64,000 nucleotides of DNA from assembly GCF_009914755.1 (NCBI RefSeq), contig NC_060935.1; one strand, given 5' to 3'. The notes under the pieces were generated by a model. It searched no databases. It was not told where the DNA came from and saw nothing but the letters and a program-made list of their open reading frames with translations. The stretch is from the human T2T-CHM13v2.0 reference genome, Homo sapiens. Positions 17,918-31,567 of the stretch are shown here, one piece after another. The first letter of the stretch is position 1, and every line of letters begins with the position of its first letter. Both the position numbers and the translations under genes were made by a program.

Positions 17918-19304
17918 TAACACTAGTGACTTCATTTTGATTCCGGAAACTTTTATAAATGCAACCGATATTCATTTTAGTATTTCTCAACATAATCTAC
18001 AAACAACCCACATTACAAGCGCTTGGGCTGCTTTAATGAAAGCAGATTCCTGGGGGCTGACCTGCAACCTCCTAAGTTAGAAACACTGGGGCGCTCTTAG
18101 GTGCAAAGAATTTGAGAACAATTTGTTACTTGAGTGTTTATAACATGCTAGGCACTGTATGTAGTCCTTACTTGAGTAAACTCCTTTAAACAACCCTAAA
18201 AAGAGATGAATTATCCCTATCTTACATATGAAGAAATTGAGGCTTTACATTGTTGACTAGTGATGGAGAACTTGAATCCTTCTTAGTTGTTGAAAGACAA
18301 ATGCTTTTTCAAGGATATCCCATCTGTCTCTAGTGTGAGCAGTCAGCTCTGATTTCTTAGGCATGCTTCCTAAACGTCATGACATATAATGACAGGCAAT
18401 CTGTTGCTCAGATGAAAAACAATTTCTTCACAGACACTCCTTTTGGGAAAACAAATATTTGTTTAGGCTGACTATATTGTGGACTGATTTCTTTGTTTGT
18501 CCCTGCATCTGTCTGCAAAATACACAAATGACCTGGGATTGCTGGTGCTGGGAAATGAATGTGGAATACCAAACAATTCTGTAGTGGTTTTAGGGTATAA
18601 TGACATCATTAGAGGACACCCAGAATATCAATTCTCTTGACTTGTTTGTCTTCTGAGTCGGGGTTACCCATTTGTTTATTCCGTAAATATTTATTGTACA
18701 TCTATTATGTGCCAGGTACTATTCTAAGAAGTGGAGATATGTAACATGCAACAGAAACAAAAATCCTTGCTCTACACTATGGGCTTCTATCTCCGCTTTA
18801 CCCCAGTGACCCAGTAAAAAAAAGTAAATAGAGAGCTGTACGTACTGCCACAGGTAATTTGACCATTTAGCAACATTTTCCAGTTATTTTGCATTTCTTT
18901 ACACAATTCCTGGAAAAGCCTATGAAGATGCATAAAGTAAAATGCAAAGTTTTGAAGTAGTGGAGTCTCAATAAATGAAAACATCCTTTAAAGAGTGGTT
19001 CTTTCTTTATTTTATATTCAATATGTTTTATTCAATTATGGTCATTATACTTTTAATATGAAATTGTCTAAAATGCACCCAGTGGAAACTTCTTCAAGCT
19101 AGCTTCTGGGTCATTTAAACATGTCCCTATAATTTTTGAATATTTTCTTAGTTTCTGCCACAAGATGTCCCAGACTCATCTTATGCAATCCTTGACCAAA
19201 ACTTGGGAGTTTCAAGGAGTTCTGGGTCCTTCCAGTGGAAAAATGGTATTTAGTTACCAAAACTTGTGTTTTGTGTGTGCTTATAGCTGCTGGATTTTCT
19301 TTTC

Positions 19305-19742
19305 CTTTCTTTTTTTTTCTTTATTTTACTTTAAGTTCTGGGATACATGTGCAGAACGTGCAGGTTTGTCTTACCTAGGAATACATGTGCCGTGGTGGTT
19401 TGCTGCACCTATCAACCCGTCATCTAGGTTTTAAGCCCCACATGCATTAGGTATTTGTCCTAATGCTCTCCCTCCCCTTGCCCTCCAACCCCCAACAGGC
19501 CCCAGTGTGTGATGTTCCCCTTTCTGTGTCCATGTGTTCTCGTTGTTCAACTCCCACTTATGAGTGAGAACATGTGGTGTTTGATTTTCTCTTCCTGTGT
19601 TAGTCTACCAACAATGATGGCTTCCAGCTTCATCCATGTCCCTGCAAAGAACATGAGCTCATTCTTTTTTATGGATACATAGTATTCCATGGTGTATATG
19701 TGTCACATTTGCTTTATCCAGTCTATCATTGAAGGGCATTTC
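19305..19742 (-). mobile_element. L1PA 3' end fragment (older, about L1PA7-type)
   Basis: TTTTACTTTAAGTTCTGGGATACATGTGCAGAACGTGCAGG and downstream L1 3'UTR. Confidence 0.9.
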
Positions 19743-21282
19743 TTAAGTGTGTGGTTGGATTTATTATTATCACAAAGATAAGAGGACTACTGGATATTTA
19801 GTATTTAGTAGACAAGTATGAACACATCCTGCATCCATAGGGACAGCCTTATGCAAAGAAAAATGTTGCACTCACTACATCCAGACTCCCAATGCGTATT
19901 TGTGCATTAGAAAATATTGTTATAATTACATCAGTTTGAAATCTACTCTGCTCTACAGACAAAGAAAACATATTTTGCAAGGTTCTCCTATATAACAATT
20001 TAATAAAACCAAGGAAAGATTGTCATTTATTTTGTTTGAAACTTCATCAAGACTTGACCAACTTGTCAGGAAAACATCACCAATGTCAATGTGACTCCTG
20101 ATATTTGAGTCACCAACACATTAATGATGATTCTACGTGTGTTGATTTTACTATCTATGTCCCACCAAGTGATCCAGCATTTATATATTGAATATTCAAA
20201 TTATTTTATAATAAATCCTATATTATAATTATTTCATATAATAATTGTATTATGAATTATTTTTCTTTCATATCTCTTTTACATTAGACTTAGGATAGTT
20301 TACATACACATATATACATGTTTATACTTAGGTTACATTAACTACACATATTATTTCAAGAATCTAAAGGAAGCATTTCTAAATGTTTGTTTGACAAGAA
20401 GATTTTTCCAATGTGATAGCATTCAGAACTATTGCTATAGACAATATCGACTTGGGCTAACTGTCCTTTTAAGTACTATGTTCATGGCTAGTTATAGAGG
20501 CTGAGAGATAATGCTGAGTCTCAACATTTTATACCCCAAATACCCATAAAAACATCACACATTTTTTACTTGGCAGAAACAGATAAATTCATTGGTCTTT
20601 ACCTGAGCTTCGCACTAATTCTCAACCTGATTCCTTCCCTGGAATTTATGATAAATGTACCAAAGACTCCTACAGAGTAACTAAGCAGATAATTTTTTCT
20701 GTGGTTGTGGAAAAATACAGTGTTACCACCTTCTAAACCATAGGGTCCTTCCCAGTTTTCATAGGCTCTGAATAATTTGTCCATCCATAGCTGGGAACAG
20801 GAAAAGGATTTTTTTTCTCTCTCAGTGTCTACATTAGTTGAGCTCTTTCCTAGTTTGTTTTTATCCCATCATCTAGTTTTATTTTGTTATTAGCATTTAA
20901 CATTAATTGACACTGTACCTATTTGTTTTTTTATGTAACTCTCCCTTCTAGAATAAAAGCTCAGTAGGATAGGAGTCAGCCCTATCATCTTCACCGCTAT
21001 ATCCCACTGTCTGGAATAGCACACAGGGCTCAATAAATATTTTGTTTTTCAAGAAAAAATTAATAAACATTTCAATTAAGGCTTTTCTGTTATTAAATGC
21101 ATTTTATTGCAATAAATATATTGAAGCTCAGAAAACTCCCATCACCTGCCCAAGGCAGCCAAAATTTATGCTTAGTGTTGATTATATGTCAGGTGCTTAG
21201 CATAGAAAATGCCATCATTTGGTATCGGTTGAGGCAATTAAACTCTTTTCTACTCTATTTGTAGGCGTGGTATCCATAAGCC

Positions 21283-22203
21283 ATGCAGAGGAGCAATCAC
21301 ACAGTGACTGAGTTCATCCTGCTGGGCTTCACCACAGATCCAGGGATGCAACTGGGCCTCTTTGTGGTGTTCCTGGGTGTGTACTGTCTGACTGTGGTAG
21401 GAAGTAGCACCCTCATCGTGTTGATCTGTAATGACTCCCGCCTACACACACCCATGTATTTTGTCATTGGAAATCTGTCATTTCTGGATCTCTGGTATTC
21501 TTCTGTCTACACCCCAAAGATCCTAGTGACCTGCATCTCTGAAGACAAAAGCATCTCCTTTGCTGGCTGCCTGTGTCAGTTCTTCTCTGCCAGGCTGGCC
21601 TATAGTGAGTGCTACCTACTGGCTGCCATGGCTTATGACCACTACGTGGCCATCTCCAAGCCCCTGCTTTATGCTCAGACCATGCCAAGGAGATTGTGCA
21701 TCTGTTTGGTTTTATATTCCTATACTGGGGGTTTTGTCAATGCAATAATATTAACCAGCAACACATTCACATTGGATTTTTGTGGTGACAATGTCATTGA
21801 TGACTTTTTCTGTGATGTCCCACCCCTCGTGAAGCTGGCATGCAGTGTGAGAGAGAGCTACCAGGCTGTGCTGCACTTCCTTCTGGCCTCCAATGTCATC
21901 TCCCCTACTGTGCTCATCCTTGCCTCTTACCTCTCCATCATCACCACCATCCTGAGGATCCACTCTACCCAGGGCCGCATCAAAGTCTTCTCCACATGCT
22001 CCTCCCACCTGATCTCCGTTACCTTATACTATGGCTCCATTCTCTACAACTACTCCCGGCCAAGTTCCAGCTACTCCCTCAAGAGGGACAAAATGGTTTC
22101 TACCTTTTATACTATGCTGTTCCCCATGTTGAATCCCATGATCTACAGTCTGAGGAATAAAGACATGAAAGATGCTCTGAAAAAATTCTTCAAGTCAGCA
22201 TAA
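21283..22203 (+). pseudogene. OR9G3P: Olfactory receptor family 9G, uninterrupted 306-aa ORF with damaged conserved motifs (probable pseudogene)
   Basis: OR motifs LHTPMYF, KVFSTCSSH, PMLNPMIYSLRN; MAYDH instead of MAYDR and GS instead of GN in TM1; intact acceptor TCTTTTCTACTCTATTTGTAG ending at 21264; symbol from recalled gene order next to OR9G4. Confidence 0.8.
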
Positions 22204-22954
22204 TCCAAAGTCTGAATTGCCATAATGTTCTCAAATCAATGCTAAGTGATGACAAACTGCTCAGAGAGGTTACAGAACTGGATTTTTATTTCTTTTTTAC
22301 CATTGAACAAAATTCAATAAGAAAAATTGTGTTTCTTTGTGTTTCGTTTGTTTGTTATGATTTTGAGATCAGACTATAATATATACTACAGTATTGTAGA
22401 TTCAATTGAATACTGATACAGTTTTTAAAATTCAGTATCTCCGATTAATGCAAAATGGAAAAGTAATTATTCTGATATCCTAAAGTGAAATTAAATTTTT
22501 ACGATGTTCTTTCCCATAATATTGACCCAATTATTTTTCCTACATAGTGACTATTATGGAGATGAAAAGAAAACATAATATGGATCATTGATATTTGCGG
22601 GATACACCCCAAATCCTTCTAGTCAAGTACTCAAACAGCTTCCTTTGTGATAGAGGAATAAGAATGTTAAGATTATTTTGATGGAAAGAGGTAGGATGTG
22701 TTGGAAAATAAATGCAGCTGAAGAGAAAGATGAGAAATGTCAAGTAAAGACAAATGAAATGGCTACAACTATTTGTCCTAAATTTTCAAAATTTAATTAA
22801 TTTTTTAAATGTGCTAATTCCAGCAAATGTTATAACCTTTCCTCAACAAAGTTGCTAACCTCTGAGCTGCAAGCTTGTGATTTGAAAATTGTAACCATTA
22901 ATCCTTAACTTGCCATCTTCTAAAGGCTACTAAATGAAATATCAACCCAACCTG

Positions 22955-23197
22955 CCATCACAAGGGGGTTCAGTTATGGAGTTTATATCAGGGTTTAGGG
23001 AATTGGGCTCGAGGCCAAGGCTAGTTTCCATGTGGTTAGCAACATGTTTGATTTTTCAGGGTTTCAGGCATCGATCTAAACAAGTTTACCAGTTCTTAGG
23101 AATGTTCAAGGCCCAGGCTAGGTTCAGGCCAGGGACAAACATGCAGCTTATGTCTTTTGGTCAGGACAAAGGAAAGAGAAAGGTAACTAGGGAACAG
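22955..23197. mobile_element. Old LTR fragment (ERVL, MER73/74-like)
   Basis: Similar to 48600-48828 in this window (GGCTAGTTTC...CTAAACAAGT...TTTTGGTCAnGACAAAG); family name tentative. Confidence 0.5.
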
Positions 23198-23935
23198 TGG
23201 TTACTATTGTTGTTCATTTGTTTTATTTCGTTTGATGTTGTCACATCGCTGTGTGACCTGAGAGAGAGTACTGCGGAGTACTCACTCCTTGTAAGAGAGA
23301 AGACTGTTAGGATGATATGCAATTCTAAAGACACATATTTATTCATTAATTTTGAGATAGTTTTTTGTTGTCATTGTTGTTTGTAATCTGAACAACTCTT
23401 AAACATCTTCCTAATATTCTCTTTATGTAGAAGGCATGAGTTTTACAAAGATACTCCCTATATGCTCAATTAGAGCTTTCTGAAGAAATTTTGAGGAAAT
23501 GATTTTCTTAAAATAAATATTTGTAAAATCTTGAGCATATTTCCAGAAGCCTCACCCTTTCAGATATTCTTGTCACCTAGTAAAGATTGCTTACCAAACT
23601 TCAAAGTCAAACTATATTCATTAACCCACGTAATTTATTTTGTTCCCCAAGATCTCCCAAAGGGAGCAAACACAATGAAATCTATGAAAGATTTAATACT
23701 GCCAAGGCAAAATACCATATTGCAGAATGCCAAACAACCCAATATTATAAGTTTTAAATATTACTTTGTTTTGTTTACATCATAACAAACGAATAACAAG
23801 GAGTCATGTGGTCAATATTTTAATGTTTTAAATATGACTTATTGAACTTAATTGAACTACAGAAATGCAAATGAACACATTTATAAGCCAATAATCTGGA
23901 AAATTCAATAACAGCATTTGCAAAGAGAATAACCT

Positions 23936-24874
23936 TCATGTTTGTGGTTGTATAGTCTGTGTTGCTTTCCTGAAGGCCTCTTTGATATCTTTGTTTCTCA
24001 GGCTATAGATGAGAGGGTTGAGCAGTGGGTTGATCACGGTGTAGAACAGAGCAGCTACTTTGTCCCTCTCTAGGGAGTAGGTGGAACTAGGCCTTGAATA
24101 CATAAACAACAATGATCCATAGAAGAGCATGACTGAGATGAGGTGGGAAGCACAGGTGGAGAATGCCTTGTGTCTTCCTGAAGCTGAGTGGATTCTCAGG
24201 ATAGCCAGGAGGATGTTGACATAGGAAATCAGGATAGCAAGAATGCTGGAGAGTACTGTGAAGCCCACCACACCAAGCAGGACTTTTTCGTAGACCCTGG
24301 TGTCTGTACAGGACATTTTTACCAATGGTGGTGCATCACAGAAAAAGTGGTCAATGATATTTTTACCACAAAAATGCAGGCGGAATGTATTGGCAGTATG
24401 GGCTATGGCATTCAAAAATCCTCCTATGTAGGAGCCAGCAACAAGCCCAGTACAGAGGGCGGTGGACATGGTACCTGAATAAAGCAATGGGTTACAAATT
24501 GCTGCATGGCGGTCATATGCCATGGCTGCCAGGAGATAGCATTCAGTGTAGGCTACAACACAGGAAAAAAACAGCTGAGCCCCACATCCAGCCAAGGAAA
24601 TGCGCTTATCTTCTGAGACACAACTGGCCAGGATTTTGGGGGTATACACAGAGGTATACCAGAAATCCAAAAAAGACAGATTGCCAATGAAAAAGTACAT
24701 AGGTGTATGCAAGTGGGAATCAGTTCGGATTAAGATAACCAAGGTCATGTTTCCTGACAAGGTTATCAAATAGAGCATCAGAAACACTCCAGATAGAATC
24801 GGCTGCCACTGGGAATCTGCTGAGAAACCCAACAAGATGAATTCAGTCAGGATGGTGCAATTTCCCACTTCCAT
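23936..24874 (-). CDS. OR9G4: Olfactory receptor 9G4; 312 aa from MEVGNCT, or 327 aa if the ATG at 24919 is used
   Basis: Intact 7TM OR (N-glycosylation site [47 protein letters not shown]); recognised termini [11 protein letters not shown] and ATQTIQPQT. Confidence 0.95.
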   Translation of the reverse strand: MEVGNCTILTEFILLGFSADSQWQPILSGVFLMLYLITLSGNMTLVILIRTDSHLHTPMYFFIGNLSFLDFWYTSVYTPKILASCVSEDKRISLAGCGAQLFFSCVVAYTECYLLAAMAYDRHAAICNPLLYSGTMSTALCTGLVAGSYIGGFLNAIAHTANTFRLHFCGKNIIDHFFCDAPPLVKMSCTDTRVYEKVLLGVVGFTVLSSILAILISYVNILLAILRIHSASGRHKAFSTCASHLISVMLFYGSLLFMYSRPSSTYSLERDKVAALFYTVINPLLNPLIYSLRNKDIKEAFRKATQTIQPQT

Positions 24875-24980
24875 GTCCACGGAGGTGAAAGCCTGACTAT
24901 CATGAGAAGGGAAAATCATCACTTAGTGTTTTTTCTATTCACACAAGTTGACAAGGGTATCAATTAAATCAACAATTACT

Positions 24981-25089
24981 AAGAAGCTTGTAGATTTTTC
25001 TCCCTTACTATCTAGAATTATAGGACTTCAGTCCATGATTTGGAAAAATTACTGGAATTGGAGTCAAAAATAATTTGAAAATTAGGAAT
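24981..25089 (+). ncRNA. MIR6128: MIR6128 precursor hairpin, antisense to the region upstream of the OR9G4 CDS
   Basis: Recalled mature sequence ACTGGAATTGGAGTCAAAA at 25051-25069; arm pairs with GACTTCAGTCCA at 25024-25035. Confidence 0.75.
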
Positions 25090-25169
25090 TTTATTTATTA
25101 ACTATTTAATGCAGGACAAGACCCATATTCTCATCAAACATGAAAAAAAAATGAAACTCACAAGGATAA

Positions 25170-25461
<292 letters not shown>

Positions 25462-25704
25462 GACTAGTAACTTCTTGACAGACTGTCTGATTGAATAAAT
25501 AAAACATACATAAAAATAACACAGCCCAATATTGGGTACATTAGTGGGCACTCAAAAAATTTCACTATCTTTCTATAAGTTATTGAAAACTTCTTACGTG
25601 TCAAGTATTTGTATTGTTAAGTATTAGATTATTAAAGTTGCTATTTATATTACAAATATAAATACATTATGACCATGTACCAGTTACTATTCTAAGTCTT
25701 ATAC

Positions 25705-26050
25705 CTAACCCCTTGAGTCTTGGATGGCTTGGTGGTTTGCTTTGGCCAATAGATTGAAAGATAGGCAGCTCCATGTGGATTCAAAGCCTGGATTTCAAGA
25801 AGCTTTTTATGTTTCTCTTCTCACTTTTAAAATCCTACCACCACCATGTAAATAAGCCTGGGTTAGTTTGCTGGATAAGACATCTGGCTGCGCTCACTCT
25901 GTCACCCCAGCTGACTGCAAGTTGTCCCCCAAACATGCAGGTGGGGCCCTTCTATATGATCCAGCCTACAGTGGCGCTAAGAGCTACCCACAGACATGAG
26001 CACACCCAGGTGAGAAAAGACAGGTCTGGCATAGGCAGAATTGCCCAAGT
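25705..26050. mobile_element. MLT1-family MaLR LTR remnant
   Basis: CCCTTGAGTCTTGG...GCTTTGGCCAATAGA...CACCATGTAAATAAGCCTGGG motifs. Confidence 0.55.
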
Positions 26051-26606
26051 GATATGGCATCTGAGTTCAAACCCAGACCTTCTTACTTGGTAGTTCCATA
26101 ATCTTGGAAAAGTATCTTAACAATTCCCCACCTACGTGTATTTACCTCCAAAAGGGCGAGAAAACATCCATGTTAAGAAAACAGCCCATTTTCTGGACAG
26201 AACATCAATCTACAAAATTTTAACTATCATTATTCTGAATGGGAGGATAATTATCTAACTTAATTATAAATTCTGAGCTTGCAAAACATAAATAAATAGA
26301 CTAAGTTTATACAAATAAGCAATTTCAGCCAGAATAGTGGTATCGTCCAGTATCTTGCTAAAATCCTAGAATTTAATATTTTTGTCAACTATTTCCATGT
26401 AACTTGGCAAAGGAGTTATAGGGTTTAGGATTGTGGGGTCCAATATTTGGTACATATCCCTGACACTAATCACTGTATGATTTAGGAAAGTAATACCTCA
26501 TCTCAGGAACACAATTCACCCATCTGAAAATTTTGGTTGATCCTATTCTCAGCACCAAACTTCCATGATTCCAATTTGCTAAAATCTCTTATAGAAATTG
26601 TTACGT

Positions 26607-26962
<356 letters not shown>

Positions 26963-27119
26963 TTAACAGTCCTTACATACACACGTATCTTGGGATACAC
27001 AGGACATTACCACTGTCTTGGTTGAAGTGAGAAATAAAATTTGCTGAAGACAACTGCACCCTTCTTTTCATCTCAAGATTTGCATACACATTCTTGTGTC
27101 CTTAAAATACAATCCTATG

Positions 27120-27469
<350 letters not shown>

Positions 27470-27739
27470 TTAATTTCTTTATCTGCAAATAATTAATGGC
27501 TCAAATTTTTTGACTCATGAAGCTCTTTGAGAACTTGATAAACTCAGCAATGATAATTCTCAAATATGAATATGTACATATGTAAAAACACGCAAAATTT
27601 TAATGGGTTCACAAACTCCCAAAAATCTATTAGTTTGCCGGTTATTATTTCAGATTTAAAAATTCTACTAATGGAAGATGACTAAGTTTGGTCGGGTGCT
27701 AATATGCTGTAATAAGAGAGGAGTAATAGGTAATTAAAA

Positions 27740-28288
27740 CTAATCATGTTTAAAGTTGAATTCCTAATCTGCAGTTCCAAAAATTGATTTTTTCATTCCC
27801 CATATTGGTTAATAAGATTCTACTCTTCCAGGATCTGAAGTCAAAAATTTGGAATCAGTCTACCCTGTTTCTTTCCTATCTACTTTTCCAAATTTCAGAA
27901 AATTGCAATTTTCCTACCTTCAAAATGTATCCTGAATCTGACCACTTCTCCCCACCTCCACTGCTACCACTCTGTTCAAACCACTATGATCTACTGCCAA
28001 GAATATTGCCATCACTTTCTAACTCATCTACACCCTTGTTCCCTATGGTATATTTTCAATACAACAGCCAGTGTAGGCCATTAAACAAATAAATAAGTTG
28101 CTTCTGTATTTAAAACCCTGTAAAGGCTCCCAATTTATTCCAAGTTAAAACCCGTAATCTGTCTCTCCCTTACCTAAAGAACCTTATCTCCTAACACTCA
28201 CCACACTGACCTCCTCCTTCCTTCTGCCCTAGCCTCAATGGCTTTCTCACTTTTTCTCAAATGTGCCGTCTCTGTCCCAGCATCAAAG

Positions 28289-28328
<40 letters not shown>

Positions 28329-28725
28329 CTTTAAGTTCTAGGGTGCATGACTGTCTGTTCCCTCTGCCTGGAACACTATACTCCAGATGTTTTCATGGCT
28401 CACTCCTTCATCTTCTTTAAGTTCCTTTCAAACGTCACATTCTGACAAAGGTGAATGTGACATTTTAAATTCCATGCCCCTTTTAAATTCCATGCCCCTT
28501 TCCTTCCGACAATCTTCACCCTTATTACTCTACTCCAATTCTACTGTGTTATCCCCCTCATCTATTGTCATCCTCTAACTCCTGTTTATTAAATCTATTG
28601 CCTGCTTCTTCTCACCAGAATGCAACATCTATACAGCAAAATATTTCTCTGTCTTGTTTATTGCTGTATTCCAGCACAAAGAACAGTTCCTAGTCATGAA
28701 TTAGCACTCAGTAAATATTTCTAGA
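27740..28725. mobile_element. L2 remnant, interrupted by a (TTA)n run plus a tiny L1 3' end at 28290-28349
   Basis: L2 phrases (TCTGACCACTTCTC, CTGTTCCCTCTGCCTGGAAC, GCACTCAGTAAATATTT); L1 terminus TTATACTTTAAGTTCTAGGG. Confidence 0.65.
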
Positions 28726-28758
28726 GTGAGTAATTGGTTAATTACCTTCATATCTTGA

Positions 28759-29083
<325 letters not shown>

Positions 29084-30209
29084 AGTACAGTCTATTTCTA
29101 ACCTGGTTCAAAATATTCAGAACAAGATCTATCCTCAAGTGGACTTTCCCAGCACAGTGTACTGTATCAAAATAAGAAAGAAGAGTAAATAAAAGAGAAG
29201 TCTCACTTCCGAGACCTAATTTGAAACAAGTTACCAAGTATCTGTGAATGTGAAATAAAAGGCACAGAAAATGTCTGAGCCAATCATGCTAAAGAATCTT
29301 CTATAGAAATGGCCTATCAAGATGCATCTTCCCCTGCAGCAGCCCAGATCTCTGATCCCTTCACTAGAGCAAGAAAAACTCTTTGGTAGGAATGTGCCTT
29401 CCTGGCATCTCAAAATTAGTACCAAGAAGTGAAAATGCCATACACTAGTAGTTTAGAGTAGCACAATCACTGGGGTCAAAAAAGCAAGTCACATTTTTTT
29501 GTCCTCTTGATTTTTTCACTGTGTGAGTGAATATATGATGGCCCAGCATAGATACAAGACTGAGTTTCAAATTCTACGTGAGAGCAGGATGTATCACTGA
29601 ATGGAATTTGATTTACTAGGGAGTCTGCACGTGCACCTGTGTGCATGTGTGGTGCAGCAGTAAATCGTTTGACAGCCGTGCCAGATTCTGTATCCCCCTT
29701 CTGATTTGCAGCTGAGGTCAGAGAAAGGCCAGACTTCCTATTTGCCCCTGATCCCAGGTGCTTACCCTTGGTTTGGAAGGCCAGCTCTTGGAAGTCACAC
29801 TTTTCCCTCTCTTCTGGTGTTTAATGTGCCTTTGTTGCACTCAATATATGTATGTCCTCAACAGCCCTTTGAGACACCTCCCTCACACCAGCACAGAAAT
29901 ACGTACCTCTGTCTCCAAAGACTCAATTAGAGTTCATCTGGAGTTTGGGGATGTTAAACAAATTAGAAAATGATGAAATGAGGAATATTTCATTAAAAGT
30001 TGACTCTCTTAATGGATCTAACTCATAATATAATCCTGTTATGTTGGGTCTGTCTTATAATTGAATTTTTCCAAATTGTACTAATTAGACTTTTCTAAAA
30101 AGTATCATGTGGTCTATATTTTTTTTCCATGTCACACGCTCTTTTCTCTGTCCAGGCTACTCGCTCTTGTCTCCTCCACCGGCAATCTACTACCTATCCC
30201 ACACATGCA

Positions 30210-30521
30210 CAATGGTCTGAATTGTGTCTTTTGGAAATCCATTTGTTGAAGCCCTAACTTACTGTACCTTAGAATCTGACTATATTTGAAGATGAGATCT
30301 TTAAACAAGTGATGAAGTTAAAATGAGGCAGTTAAAGTAGGCTCAATCCAATCTGACTGGTGTCTTTATAAAAAGGAAAGTTGAACATACACAAGAAACC
30401 AATCCTGCCAGCACCTTCAACTTGGGCTTTTAGCCCTCAGAACTGTGGGAGAGTAAATTTCTGTTTTGTAAGCCATCCAGGCTGCACTATTTTGTTATAG
30501 CAACACTTGCAAACTGATACA
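30210..30521. mobile_element. MLT1A/B-type MaLR LTR
   Basis: TGGTCTGAATTGTGTC...TGTTGAAGCCCTAAC...CAGAACTGTG...ACTGATACA. Confidence 0.75.
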
Positions 30522-31032
30522 CTCAATTACCAACACTATTTTGGTAAAACCTCATGTTTTATTTGTAAAAAGACTACTATAACCAGGAAATTTGATATGT
30601 CATGGTGAAATTGTCTCTAATTTTTAATTAATTTATAACATAACATTAAAAAAAACATACAAAAATTCATATATACTTGATTGTTATCAGTCATTGTTTT
30701 CCTGGTAAAGATTTTCATTCTAAATCTTCCCTCGGATATAAAATTTTCTGAAATCTCTCTCTGGCCCTACTTCTCGATCTGTTTCTATGTCCTACCTACA
30801 TCTCCCTTTCTGCCTGTCTCATACAACTGCTGCACTACTGTCCTTAATTCTTTCATTGTTAAGGAAAATACTCTTTTATTGAAAGTGCATGGTGGTTCTA
30901 AGTATTGATATTCATTCTCTATTTTGTCTATTGCTAAGGAAATCTGTCATCTTTGCATCATGCAAGCTAAAAAATGAGAACCAGAAACGAAAAAAACAAA
31001 CTTGTTTCTAGGAGAACTTTATGGTAGATACT

Positions 31033-31422
31033 CTTTTTTTTTTCTTTTCATTTTTGTTTTTTAATTTTAAATTCTGGTCTACATGTGCAGGATGTGCAGG
31101 TTTGTTATATAGGTAAACATGTGCCATGGCTGTTTGCTGCACCTATCAACCCATCACCTAGGTATACATATACACCAGGGAATACTATGCAGCCATAAAA
31201 AGGAATGAGATCATGTCCTTTGCAGGGACACGGATGAAGCTGGAAGCCATTATCTTCAGCAAACTAATGCAGGGACAGAAAACCAAACACCACATGTTCT
31301 CACTTATAAGTGGGAGCTGAACAATGAGAATCCATGGACACAGGGAGGGGAACAACACACACTGGGGCCTGTCGGGGTAGGGCAGCGAGGGGAGCACACC
31401 AAGACAAACAGCTAATTCATAC
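31033..31422 (-). mobile_element. Short L1PA 3'UTR insertion with 5' inversion (minus 31033-31165, plus 31166-31422)
   Basis: Poly(T) and reverse L1 end, then forward GGAATACTATGCAGCCATAAAAAGGAATGAG. Confidence 0.85.
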
Positions 31423-31431
31423 AGTAGATGT

Positions 31432-31567
31432 CGCAACAAGAAGCTGCAACAAGACTGGCACATAACTCTGTAGACGTGGCTTGGGATTAAAGCAGGGGCT
31501 TGGAGATTGCCTCATAGCAGTCATAACCCATGGCAGCCAGGAGGTAGCGCTCACTACAGGCCAGCCC
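31432..31567 (-). pseudogene. Isolated OR9G-family fragment (TM3 to TM4)
   Basis: Translates GLACSERYLLAAMGYDCYEAISKPLL*SQATSTELCASLVAAS; 24-nt exact match 31447-31470 = 32613-32636. Confidence 0.85.

Noticed and set aside
24188-24690. Antisense ORFs over the OR genes (also 21751-22008, 32269-32861, 56409-56765)
   Set aside because: Shadow frames of OR coding sequence with no independent support
28463-28500. 18-bp tandem duplication TTTTAAATTCCATGCCCC x2
   Set aside because: Ordinary slippage event inside an L2 remnant
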